A DNA stretch of 64,000 nt from IMG/VR virus record IMGVR_UViG_3300035501_000471; one strand, given 5' to 3'. The position numbers and the translations under genes are program-made. This document shows positions 50,313-60,235 of the stretch, one piece after another. The stretch's first letter is position 1; the number at the start of each line of letters is the position of its first letter. Origin of the DNA: a virus (Duplodnaviria; Caudoviricetes). A model generated the notes under the pieces. It worked only from the letters and a program-made list of their open reading frames with translations. It was not told the DNA's origin and did no database searches.

Positions 50313-51815
50313 TTGATGAGACAAATTTTAAGACGTGATGAATTTCTAAAAGAGGCTCTGTGGAAAGGTGTCATTGACCGTTCTAAAAGTGACAAAGCAA
50401 GAGAGGAAGATGAGAACCACCACCATTTCACTGATGGTAATGGAAAAATTCATAAACATGGTATTCTTGTAGAAGATAATATTGAACAAACTGTTCCTGA
50501 TGTTATTGGTAAATACATTTTAGACCAACTTGAAAAGGGTAATTATGACATTGACCTTAATATTCTTGATATGAGTGAAGTAAAATCTATCCAAGATTTA
50601 TTCCACAACATTAAAGTATATCTATTATATAAGAGTATTCCATTAGCAGACATTAACAAAATTAAGTTGGATTGTTCTGGATGGTTATTAGATACTGTCC
50701 AACATCTTAGATATGCTTTCAATGGATTGTGGACTGACATTGGTATTGAAAATTGGAAATTCGCCACTGAAAAACAAATGGACTATACTACATTCAAAAA
50801 TAGTTGGTATGAAGATAATTTACCCAGTTGGTATGAATTTAATCCAAAAGACTGGGCATCTACTTGTATAGACCATATAAGTAAATTCAGTTCCAGACTT
50901 GATAAAGTAAGAACCAAGGAATTAGGTAAGACCTGTTATCTCGTTAAATTTAAGGTAGGATTAAATGATAATTTGACCATTGAACATATTCCTGATGTTG
51001 TTACTATCGAAAGTATAATTGGAGAATATACAAATCGTGTTATAAATTGTCAAAATCTAAAATCATTTGAGAGATTCCCCAAAGAATTTGATCCTTATTA
51101 CAAGTTTATGTTAGAATTAACCCTTAAAAAATTTGATGAAGAAATTGTACTACCCAAGGGATTACATAAAATATTAATTAAGGACAAAAATGATGACATT
51201 ACGAGATTACCAAAAGTATTAGATTGTGGTATTCATATATATCATTCAAATGTCCTTGTTCCACATTTTGAAGAAGTAAAAGGTGATTTTAAGGTCAATT
51301 TTTATGGTTCAGGTTCAACATCATTAGATGGGTTTCCTAAAGTTGTAGGTGGTGAAGTTGAATTATCAAATTACAATGGTTCATCACTAAAAGATTGTCC
51401 GGAAAGTGTTGGTGGAGATTTTATTATAAGGAATTGTCCAAACATAGATAGCTTACAATATTGTCCAAAGTTTATAGGGAAAAGATTTGACATAACAAAT
51501 ACTCCTAAACTCAATAAATTTGATTTCTTCCCAGATGTGATAAAAGGAGATATATCATTTGAAGACTTAAAACTTGATGACTTTGAAGGTTTACCTGACA
51601 CACTAAATAATAAAATATATATGTTACGTATAGTGTGTAATAAATCATTCAAGGGTTTACCAACTAAAACTACACAAGAAATTGAAGTTGATAATTTCCA
51701 ATTAAATAATACATTTATACAACCAGAGGATCTTATTCCAAAATTGATAGAGGATAATCCGAATGTTAACCCAGACCTATTTACTCATAAAATTAAAGCA
51801 TATAATAACAAATGA
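50313..51815 (+). CDS. Leucine-rich-repeat family protein, copy 2
   Basis: LKEALWKGVIDRSK; SLDGFPKVVGG and SLKDCPESVGGDF repeats. Confidence 0.75.
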   Translation: MMRQILRRDEFLKEALWKGVIDRSKSDKAREEDENHHHFTDGNGKIHKHGILVEDNIEQTVPDVIGKYILDQLEKGNYDIDLNILDMSEVKSIQDLFHNIKVYLLYKSIPLADINKIKLDCSGWLLDTVQHLRYAFNGLWTDIGIENWKFATEKQMDYTTFKNSWYEDNLPSWYEFNPKDWASTCIDHISKFSSRLDKVRTKELGKTCYLVKFKVGLNDNLTIEHIPDVVTIESIIGEYTNRVINCQNLKSFERFPKEFDPYYKFMLELTLKKFDEEIVLPKGLHKILIKDKNDDITRLPKVLDCGIHIYHSNVLVPHFEEVKGDFKVNFYGSGSTSLDGFPKVVGGEVELSNYNGSSLKDCPESVGGDFIIRNCPNIDSLQYCPKFIGKRFDITNTPKLNKFDFFPDVIKGDISFEDLKLDDFEGLPDTLNNKIYMLRIVCNKSFKGLPTKTTQEIEVDNFQLNNTFIQPEDLIPKLIEDNPNVNPDLFTHKIKAYNNK

Positions 51816-53311
51816 AACACATATTAGACAGAAAGTCTTACTTAAAAGAAGCTTTGTGGAAGGGAGTAATTGACCGTTCTAAGACTGATGAAGACAGAAC
51901 GGAAGATGCACTTGGTCATCATCAATTTACTGATGCTAATGGTAAATTTCATAGGAATGGTATTTTAGTAGATAGTAATGATGTTGTTGGTGACATTGTA
52001 AAAGTGATTAAAAGATATGCGGGTAAACAAGATGTAATTGATTTAAATATTCTTGATTTTAGTGAAGTAAGACGAGTAAATGAAAGATTATTTAAGGATA
52101 TATATGATGCATTAAAATTTGATGATGAATTTATGTCACTGGGTATTAAACCTGATGAATTGGGTTTGGATACTTCTGGTTGGGATTTGACATCATTATA
52201 TAATTTAGGTCATATCTTAACAAACGTAACACATGATATTGGTGCTGATGGTTGGAAAGTAAATGAAGAATGTGCATCTCAATGTACTGCTTTCAAATTC
52301 AGTTACTATGACTATCACAATCCTAAATGGTATAAGTTTGATATAAAACAATGGGTTCAATCATGTTGTAATTCCACACAGTTACACACCGCAGACGCGA
52401 GATTCCAAGAGTATGGGATTGATGAAGCAAGAACAAAACAAGAGGGAAAAGATTGTTATTATGTAATTTTTAACACTGATTGTACTATTAATTTCATACC
52501 TGACAATGTAACAATAAGAACAATCACAAGTAAAAAGACAAAACGTGATGAAAAGAATATATATGTTGATGTTGATATATCCGGATTAAAGACTCTCAAG
52601 AATTTTGCACAGTCATTTGATCCAAAAGAAAGAGTTATTCTACATATTGATTTGAATAATTTTGAAGATAATGAATTTATAGTTCCTGATGGTACAAATA
52701 TAATAAAGGTTCCAAAAGAATCACCAATCGACAAACTACCAAAAGAATTAAATTGTTCATTCTCAATATCAACACCTAAACATCTCAATCATTTCACAAA
52801 AATAGATGGTGATTTGTTTTTCAGAAGTAAATACATGAACTCTCTACAAGGTTGTCCGGATGTTGTTACTGGTAAATTTTATGTTTGGAGTGCTCCCTTA
52901 AAAGATTTCAATGGTTGTCCAAAAGAAATTGGTGGAGATTTTATTATTAGTAGTGTTGATAAATTACAATCTTTCAATGGTTGTCCTGCAAAAGTGGGAG
53001 GTAATATTGACTTATATGATGTAAAAATACCTTCATTTGATGGTTTACCGGAATGTAACTCTATCATTTTATATAATAGTTCATTCACAGATTTCACAGG
53101 TTTCCCTGAAAAAGTAAACGGTGACTTGGTTATTAAAGATTGTTATATAGATACAATAAATGGATTCCCAAAAGAAATTGGTGGTAAATTGAAAATCAGT
53201 CACGACACCAAATTAGATGGTAAAAATATGACACTTAAAGGAATACTTGGAAAAGTTAAATTATCATCTATGAATGTTACATATAAAGACCATTATACGA
53301 TTTTAGGATGA
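51812..53311 (+). CDS. Leucine-rich-repeat family protein, copy 3
   Basis: Same architecture as copy 2; ATGA overlap with the preceding gene. Confidence 0.75.
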   Translation: MKHILDRKSYLKEALWKGVIDRSKTDEDRTEDALGHHQFTDANGKFHRNGILVDSNDVVGDIVKVIKRYAGKQDVIDLNILDFSEVRRVNERLFKDIYDALKFDDEFMSLGIKPDELGLDTSGWDLTSLYNLGHILTNVTHDIGADGWKVNEECASQCTAFKFSYYDYHNPKWYKFDIKQWVQSCCNSTQLHTADARFQEYGIDEARTKQEGKDCYYVIFNTDCTINFIPDNVTIRTITSKKTKRDEKNIYVDVDISGLKTLKNFAQSFDPKERVILHIDLNNFEDNEFIVPDGTNIIKVPKESPIDKLPKELNCSFSISTPKHLNHFTKIDGDLFFRSKYMNSLQGCPDVVTGKFYVWSAPLKDFNGCPKEIGGDFIISSVDKLQSFNGCPAKVGGNIDLYDVKIPSFDGLPECNSIILYNSSFTDFTGFPEKVNGDLVIKDCYIDTINGFPKEIGGKLKISHDTKLDGKNMTLKGILGKVKLSSMNVTYKDHYTILG

Positions 53312-54804
53312 AAAATCATATATTAAATAGAGAATCTTACTTAAAGGAAGCATTGTGGAAAGGTGTAATTGACCGTTCCAAGACTGGTAAGGCTCGAGAA
53401 GAAGATGTACCCGGTCATCATCATTTCACAGATGGTAATGGGGTGAAACATAAACATGGTGTAAAACCTGATTATGAGGTCGATCCAAGATTTTTAATTG
53501 AACTCATAAAAGAAGCTATCATTAAACAAAAGGATAAGAATGATGTAATCGACCTTAATTATATTGATATGTCAGAAACCTCAACTATTTCTGATTTGTT
53601 TCCCAATGTATTTGATGATTTAGAAGATGAAATAGAAAAGGATGAGTTATATAATCTTAAATTTGACACATCAGGTTGGATAATGACAAATCTCCAAAGA
53701 CTAAACCATGCATTTCAAGGTTTAACTTCAGATATTGGTATAAACAACTGGAAGATTAATAAAGATAAACTTGATATAAACTGGAAGGTAGTTGAAGGTA
53801 GTTATTATGAATCCCATCTTCCTGAATGGTATGAGTTTGATCCTGTTGATTGGATTAGAAGTCTAAATATCATGTACCCATCAAAGGATTCTATTGTGGA
53901 AGATGAAGAAAGAACAAAACAGTTGGGAAAAAAATGTTACATAGTTTCTTTACACAACTCATGTACAATAAATTTCATTCCTGAACAAATTACCATTGAT
54001 TCTATTGATGGTGTTAACGATTCAGGAAGTATCCCAAATACAAAAATACATATTACAAAGTTAACATCATTAGATAGATTTCCAGAGTCTTTTGATGCTG
54101 ACCAAAATGTAATACTATATACTAATTTAAACAATATTAAAGATAATCCACTAATTATACCAAAAGGGATTAAGAAATTATGTATAACCAGTAAAGATGA
54201 TGTGACACGATTACCAAAACATATTGATTATGGTATTGAAATAAGAAGTAAATCACAACTTGGTCACTTCATAACAGTTAGAGGTAACATGGTTTTCTTT
54301 TCATTAGGTCATTCCAAATATGATGTAGACTCATTTAAGGGTTCACCTAAAAAAGTTGGAGGTTCTTTTTTATGTAACAATAATCAATTCATAAAGACAT
54401 TAGAAGGTTGTCCGGAAGAAGTTGTAAAAGATTTTTCAGTAGGTCGTTCATCATCTCTGGTTTCTCTAAAGGGTTGTCCTAAATATGTAGGTGGTAATTT
54501 TGGTATCAGTTCAAATAAATTATTAAAACAAATTGATGATTTTCCTGAATATGTTGGTGGACATATCGACATATCTTACAATGATTTAGATAGTCTTGAG
54601 GGATTACCTGAAGAAGTAAAAGGTGACATTATTTTAATAGGAACTAATGTTAGATCATTTAAGGGATTACCAAAAAAGATAGGTGGTTGTATCAAAATAA
54701 GTAATTCAACAACATTGGATGGTAAAAAAGTTGATAAAAATGATATAATTAAAGAAAACCCAGACTTAAAACCATCAGATATAAAAGTATTTGAAGTTAA
54801 CTAA
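53308..54804 (+). CDS. Leucine-rich-repeat family protein, copy 4
   Basis: Same architecture; ATGA overlap. Confidence 0.75.
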   Translation: MKNHILNRESYLKEALWKGVIDRSKTGKAREEDVPGHHHFTDGNGVKHKHGVKPDYEVDPRFLIELIKEAIIKQKDKNDVIDLNYIDMSETSTISDLFPNVFDDLEDEIEKDELYNLKFDTSGWIMTNLQRLNHAFQGLTSDIGINNWKINKDKLDINWKVVEGSYYESHLPEWYEFDPVDWIRSLNIMYPSKDSIVEDEERTKQLGKKCYIVSLHNSCTINFIPEQITIDSIDGVNDSGSIPNTKIHITKLTSLDRFPESFDADQNVILYTNLNNIKDNPLIIPKGIKKLCITSKDDVTRLPKHIDYGIEIRSKSQLGHFITVRGNMVFFSLGHSKYDVDSFKGSPKKVGGSFLCNNNQFIKTLEGCPEEVVKDFSVGRSSSLVSLKGCPKYVGGNFGISSNKLLKQIDDFPEYVGGHIDISYNDLDSLEGLPEEVKGDIILIGTNVRSFKGLPKKIGGCIKISNSTTLDGKKVDKNDIIKENPDLKPSDIKVFEVN

Positions 54805-56327
54805 TGAAAACGATATTAGATAGAAAATCATTCCTAAAAGAAGCATTGTGGAAAGGTGTAATTGACCGTTCCAAAAACAACATGGATAGAAAAGAAGATA
54901 TTTTAGGTCAACATAAATTTACAGATAGAAATGGTGTCACTCATGAACATGGTATCTTAGCACACCCTGAAAATGACTTGTGTGAAACAGTAGCTAAGGT
55001 TATTTACTATTATGTGAAAAAAGGTGAGAATGTGGTTGACCTAAACTTAATTGACATGAGTGAAATAACATCAATAGACTGGTTATTCAAAAACACTATT
55101 GAAGAATTGGAAGAAACTTATAATATGTTAAAACGTGACATCTTCAAATTAAAAATGGATGCTTCCGGTTGGGATATGTCATCTTTAACTGATGTTGATT
55201 ATGGATTTTGTGGATTGTGGACTAAGATAGGTGCTGAAAAATGGAATGTTTCTGAAGATTGTAATGTTAAGTTACATGATTTTATGACATCACCTTATAT
55301 GTCAGAACCTCCTACTTGGTGTAAATTTAGAATGTCGGACTGGATTGCTATGACCACAGAATACTCTTCAGATGCAGAGTGGGGTGAAGATGATGAAAGA
55401 AGTGAGAAATTAGGTAAACCTTGTTATTGGGTTATACTTCAAAATCACTTCGACCTTCAATATTTACCTGATTTCATTACAATTAGAGAGATTAATGGTA
55501 AAAAATGTACAGGTGATTTAATTGGAGATGTTACTGAACTTAAATCCATCAGAAGATTACCTAAAGTTTTTAAAGATGACCACAGAGTTATATTAAGGAT
55601 TTGTCTTAAAAATATTGAAGATGAATATGTAGATTTGCCTGCTAATATACATGAACTAATACCTGATTTCAGAGATAATGATATAGACATTAAGAAATTA
55701 CCAAGAAAACTCGATTGTGGTATTACATTCAAAGACGAAAGTCAAATTTGTGGTTATATTCAAGAGGTTGTTGGTAATGTTGATGTAATTGATTTACCTT
55801 TAAGTAGTTTACATAAATTACCTGATATTATACATGGCCGACTTTTATTGAAAGATATTACATCATTACACAACCTTAGAGGATTTCCTGTTAAAGTAAA
55901 TAATCTGATAATAAATAATGTAACAAACTTAGATTCTTTTGATGGTTGTTGTCGTGAATTAAGTGGTGATTTAAGATTGAAAAAATTACCTAATATAATT
56001 AATTTATTAGACCTACCCAAGAAAGTAAAAGGTGATGTTGAAATTGATGATTTATTTATACATGAATTATACGACTTCCCTGAAACCGAAGGAAATGTAA
56101 TCTTAAATAAATTGAAGGGTATAGATAGTTTTGAAGGATTTCCTGAACATTTATATCAAGACCTACATATTCAACAATGTAATATTAAATCTATCAAGGG
56201 ATTTCCCAAACAAGTTGACGGAAGAATACACTTCTATGACACAAAACTAAATGGAAAACCCATTACGATTGATGATATTTTAGAAGTTAGTCCTGAATTA
56301 AACAAAGCAAATATTGACATACAATGA
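54804..56327 (+). CDS. Leucine-rich-repeat family protein, copy 5
   Basis: Same architecture; TAATG overlap. Confidence 0.75.
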   Translation: MKTILDRKSFLKEALWKGVIDRSKNNMDRKEDILGQHKFTDRNGVTHEHGILAHPENDLCETVAKVIYYYVKKGENVVDLNLIDMSEITSIDWLFKNTIEELEETYNMLKRDIFKLKMDASGWDMSSLTDVDYGFCGLWTKIGAEKWNVSEDCNVKLHDFMTSPYMSEPPTWCKFRMSDWIAMTTEYSSDAEWGEDDERSEKLGKPCYWVILQNHFDLQYLPDFITIREINGKKCTGDLIGDVTELKSIRRLPKVFKDDHRVILRICLKNIEDEYVDLPANIHELIPDFRDNDIDIKKLPRKLDCGITFKDESQICGYIQEVVGNVDVIDLPLSSLHKLPDIIHGRLLLKDITSLHNLRGFPVKVNNLIINNVTNLDSFDGCCRELSGDLRLKKLPNIINLLDLPKKVKGDVEIDDLFIHELYDFPETEGNVILNKLKGIDSFEGFPEHLYQDLHIQQCNIKSIKGFPKQVDGRIHFYDTKLNGKPITIDDILEVSPELNKANIDIQ

Positions 56328-57766
56328 GAAAACCAATATTAGATAGACAATCATTCCTAAAAGAAGCATTGTGGAAAGGTGTAATTGACCGTTCCAAAAA
56401 TGACACTGTTAGAGAAGAAGATGCTATGGGACACCATAAATTTACTGACAATAATGGTGTTCATCACAATCATGGTGTATTGCCTGAGAATAGAAATGAA
56501 TTGGTAGAGTTTATTGTCCAAATCACACTTAAACATTTGGATGATGAAAAAATTGACTTAAATGACATAGATACAAGTAAATTGAAAAGTATTGCTTATG
56601 TCTTCCAAAAGGTATTTTCTGATTTGAATTATGCACATAGTATCAGAAAACCTAAATTGGATTCTCTCATCTTTGATACATCTGGTTGGGATATTTCAAA
56701 TGTTGGTGCCTTAGAATTTGTTTTTTATGATGTAAACCATGACATAGGTGCTGATAATTGGAAAGTTAGTCCTGATATGTCAATGGAGTATAATGATTTC
56801 AAATTCAGTCCATACTATCAAGACCATCTACCTAAATGGTATAAATTTGATATTGAAGACTGGGCAACATCAAACACCAAATCAAGAAAAGCTGTTGAAT
56901 GGGGTGATGATGATGAACGAACAAAAGAATTGGGTTATCAGTGTTATTGGGTTAAATATTATGACCATTGTAGTTTTTATGATATTCCAGACAATGTGAG
57001 AATTTTAGATATTAATGGTTCAAAATTCGATACACCATCACCTACTGTTGACATTGAAAATCTTAAAACACTTAAAAACTTTCCAAAGTCATTCAACCCG
57101 AAATCAAACATACTCTTAAAAATTAACCTTGATAAATTTGATGATGACCATTTTGATGTACCTAAAGGAATAAAGTACCTACATCCAAAAGAAACAAATG
57201 ATATTAAAAAACTTCCTACCGTTATAGATTGTGGTATCATGTTATCACCTAAACAACTTGGTCATATCGTTGAAGTAAAAGGTGATGTTCAACTTAGAAG
57301 TGGAGTAACAACTTTATCTGGAATACCTAAAAAAATTGGTGGTGATTTAACAATTCACAATGGTCTAATTACTGACCTTACTGGTTGTCCATCTAAAATT
57401 GGTGGTACATTAGAATTATATGGATGCGAACAACTTAAAACCCTAAAGGGAGCACCTAATGAAGTTGGAGGTAGTGTCATGATTAAAGTAACAAAACCAA
57501 TAAATTTTGAATACCTACCCCAAAAAATAGGTGGAGATGAAATAATTATAACTTCATATAGTGGTGAAAACTTTATGGGACTACCTGAAGAAATTGGAAC
57601 ACTGTCATTAAAATGGTGTAGTATTAACTCTCTCGAAGGACTACCAAAACACATAGACAATCTTACACTAGAACAAGTAAGATTAAACGGTGAAGAAGTT
57701 AGGACAAAAGATGTGTTAGTAGTGTCACCTGAAATTGATAAAAGAAGTATTGATATAAGAAATTAA
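56324..57766 (+). CDS. Leucine-rich-repeat family protein, copy 6
   Basis: Same architecture; ATGA overlap. Confidence 0.75.
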   Translation: MRKPILDRQSFLKEALWKGVIDRSKNDTVREEDAMGHHKFTDNNGVHHNHGVLPENRNELVEFIVQITLKHLDDEKIDLNDIDTSKLKSIAYVFQKVFSDLNYAHSIRKPKLDSLIFDTSGWDISNVGALEFVFYDVNHDIGADNWKVSPDMSMEYNDFKFSPYYQDHLPKWYKFDIEDWATSNTKSRKAVEWGDDDERTKELGYQCYWVKYYDHCSFYDIPDNVRILDINGSKFDTPSPTVDIENLKTLKNFPKSFNPKSNILLKINLDKFDDDHFDVPKGIKYLHPKETNDIKKLPTVIDCGIMLSPKQLGHIVEVKGDVQLRSGVTTLSGIPKKIGGDLTIHNGLITDLTGCPSKIGGTLELYGCEQLKTLKGAPNEVGGSVMIKVTKPINFEYLPQKIGGDEIIITSYSGENFMGLPEEIGTLSLKWCSINSLEGLPKHIDNLTLEQVRLNGEEVRTKDVLVVSPEIDKRSIDIRN

Positions 57767-57767
57767 A

Positions 57768-57795
57768 AAAGGGAACGAAAAAAATCGTTCCCTTT
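57768..57795. terminator. Bidirectional terminator between the LRR array and the polymerase gene
   Basis: AAAGGGAACGA / TCGTTCCCTTT. Confidence 0.75.
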
Positions 57796-57799
57796 AATT

Positions 57800-59275
57800 T
57801 TACCACAATCCTGATTCAAATCCCATTCCAAAATCAATAGGTGAATATCCCATCGCTGTCACAATTCGATTAATCGGTCCCAACACCAACAAATCAAACA
57901 TTCTACCCATGTCTATATCAATATCACTGGCTAAGTCCATTGGGAATAAACCCGCAGGATAACTAAAGGCTTCACATTGGGCAAGTGACATTATGTTTGT
58001 ATATACTTCATAAGGTTTACCGGAAGTAGGTCTAATCAATTCAGTTTCATTATTCAACAACTTATACTGTTCTGGGTTTCTAAGATAGTCACTTACTTTT
58101 ACCTGACTTTCCAGTTTCCAATAAGTATATCGTTTTGTTGGTTTGATATAGACAACACAAAGTTTATCACTATCTACCAAGACCGAATATTTTTTCTTGT
58201 ATTTTTCATTATTATTCAACATATAGTTATACAAGGCCGCTCCCTGAACAGTTACCATTGATTTAGGTCTTAGTTCTATTTCGTTGGTATCATTCATCAC
58301 ATACTGTTCATACTTGTTCATACCCTTATTAACACTAATTGTATCAACATTCTGTAACATGAACTGTTTTCGGACTTTTGACACTTCCTTGGCAAAGTTA
58401 TCAAATACAAAGTTTTCCTCTTTGAAAATCCATGTAACAAGGTCTGTCAGTTGTTTTTTAACCCAAGGTGAACTTGATGTTTGAGCAATTTCCACACCAG
58501 TTGCCTTAATCTTAGAACAACTGTCATAATACACATTTGGTTCAGCCCATGTTACATTCTTGATATATTTCTTCTTAGCCAACCAAATACCCGCTTCATT
58601 ATACGCCTCCAATTCAAAGTCAAGAATGTTAGGTGTTTGGTTATCCTCAGCATATTTCTCATGTATCTTTTTGAGGAAGTCATGCATGAATACTCTATCT
58701 AATGTCAAACAAAACTCACGACCAGCAGGTTCAATTTCATCAATCTCAAACTCATATTTATCAGTATCAATCTTATCAACTTCAAAATAAGACTGTGCAT
58801 CTTCTAATGTAGGATAACCCCCTTGAGATACATACATGAATGATTTTAAGTCTGTTGCTTTCTCAATTTTTGTCAATCTCCAGACATTGTGGTCAAACCA
58901 ATCAGTCACATTAATGATTTGTTCATAAGAGGCATATATACTGTCAGTGTCAATATAAACACTGATATTCTGTTTAATTGGATTCTCATCTAAAATTTTG
59001 ATTCCCATTTTTTTGTGGGTTTTTGTGTCTTTTTGCCAAACTTTCTGAGCCCACTTATTCATCAAAACTTCCGCGTTCAAGATTACGTTCTTACCTTGCT
59101 TAGTAACTGACTCTGCGATGTTCTTATTATAAAAGTAGAACCCTGAGAACCCAAAGGCACCATATATTGAATTGATTAGAATCTTACTTGACATCTGATA
59201 GTTATTGTAAATGTCAGCTTGTGTTGCACAGTAACCAATTATCTTTTCAACTTTTTTTCGTGTTTCTTCTGTCAT
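57800..59275 (-). CDS. Family B DNA polymerase, C-terminal subunit (gp43B-like)
   Basis: KILINSIYG, YIDTDS, KKKY, GVE. Confidence 0.9.
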   Translation of the reverse strand: MTEETRKKVEKIIGYCATQADIYNNYQMSSKILINSIYGAFGFSGFYFYNKNIAESVTKQGKNVILNAEVLMNKWAQKVWQKDTKTHKKMGIKILDENPIKQNISVYIDTDSIYASYEQIINVTDWFDHNVWRLTKIEKATDLKSFMYVSQGGYPTLEDAQSYFEVDKIDTDKYEFEIDEIEPAGREFCLTLDRVFMHDFLKKIHEKYAEDNQTPNILDFELEAYNEAGIWLAKKKYIKNVTWAEPNVYYDSCSKIKATGVEIAQTSSSPWVKKQLTDLVTWIFKEENFVFDNFAKEVSKVRKQFMLQNVDTISVNKGMNKYEQYVMNDTNEIELRPKSMVTVQGAALYNYMLNNNEKYKKKYSVLVDSDKLCVVYIKPTKRYTYWKLESQVKVSDYLRNPEQYKLLNNETELIRPTSGKPYEVYTNIMSLAQCEAFSYPAGLFPMDLASDIDIDMGRMFDLLVLGPINRIVTAMGYSPIDFGMGFESGLW

Positions 59276-59278
59276 CTT

Positions 59279-60235
59279 TCAATCTTTGTTTAAACCTGTT
59301 TTTATTTTTTCAATATCAACTTTTCTCAATATCACAACATTATTATCTAACATACATTGATGTTTCAACTCATATATATCATCCATAGTTCTATCATATG
59401 GATTTATCATTTTATTACCTTCAAAGAATTGATCACCTTTTACTTCATATAATTTACCTTCTATCAAAAAGTCCGGTTGATAAATTTTCTCCTTTCCTTT
59501 ATAGTAGTATTTGAATTGTATATTAGGTTGATATTCAAAATTTAAGTTGTGATTGATACAATATTGATAAACTATAACTTCCCAACCAGAATCAAAAGTT
59601 AATCCATTATATTCAACTCGTTTATGGTGATACTTAGCATACTCATTTGTCTGTGTGATATTTTCGACACCATATCTCTCTAAACAAGTTTTCTTTATCT
59701 TTTTAACAATTTCTGGTATTTTAGTGATATGTTCAGTTCCATATTTTTCTTTTATCACTTTCTTAGCTTGTTTTTGAATTTCCTTTACTGAGAATGGTGA
59801 AGATGATTGTAATTTCTCACCATATTTCTCAGATAAAGTATTCAACCTTTTTTCTTTAATTTCATCACCTTTGAACTTATAAATGTTTAGTAATGATTTA
59901 GAACATGATTTCTGGATTTTCTCTCTCACTTCATTATCATTATTTGAACATTTCCTCGAACAGTATTTTGAGTAACTGTTATTGTGAAATTCTAGTGATT
60001 GTCCACAGGTTTTACATACAGGTGGAATTTCAATATGATTTACTAACCTATATAAACTCTCTCTTAAATATTCTTTATCTTTGACTGAGAGTGAATTGTT
60101 ATCATATCTATTAACCACATATGTATAAAACCCATGACTTTTAAGAACTGATTCTAAACATCTTTGGGGGATAAGTTTACCTTTTGGAGCGATATAACTT
60201 AATACAACATCATCATTCAATATTGTCAAGTCCAT
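59279..60235 (-). CDS. Homing-endonuclease-like protein between the polymerase halves
   Basis: CKTCG..YCSRKC, TCLERYG repeats, YQPDFLIEGKLYEVKG. Confidence 0.78.
   Translation of the reverse strand: MDLTILNDDVVLSYIAPKGKLIPQRCLESVLKSHGFYTYVVNRYDNNSLSVKDKEYLRESLYRLVNHIEIPPVCKTCGQSLEFHNNSYSKYCSRKCSNNDNEVREKIQKSCSKSLLNIYKFKGDEIKEKRLNTLSEKYGEKLQSSSPFSVKEIQKQAKKVIKEKYGTEHITKIPEIVKKIKKTCLERYGVENITQTNEYAKYHHKRVEYNGLTFDSGWEVIVYQYCINHNLNFEYQPNIQFKYYYKGKEKIYQPDFLIEGKLYEVKGDQFFEGNKMINPYDRTMDDIYELKHQCMLDNNVVILRKVDIEKIKTGLNKD

Noticed and set aside
47785-56400. Recurring ~40-nt sequence as a CRISPR-like or DGR repeat
   Set aside because: Copies are about 1.5 kb apart, in frame, encode the LRR N-terminal anchor and vary mainly at synonymous sites. 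No cas or reverse transcriptase gene is present in the window.
59279-60235. Group I intron in the polymerase gene
   Set aside because: The endonuclease ORF fills the whole gap, so there is no non-coding space for a ribozyme core, and both polymerase halves have their own start and stop.
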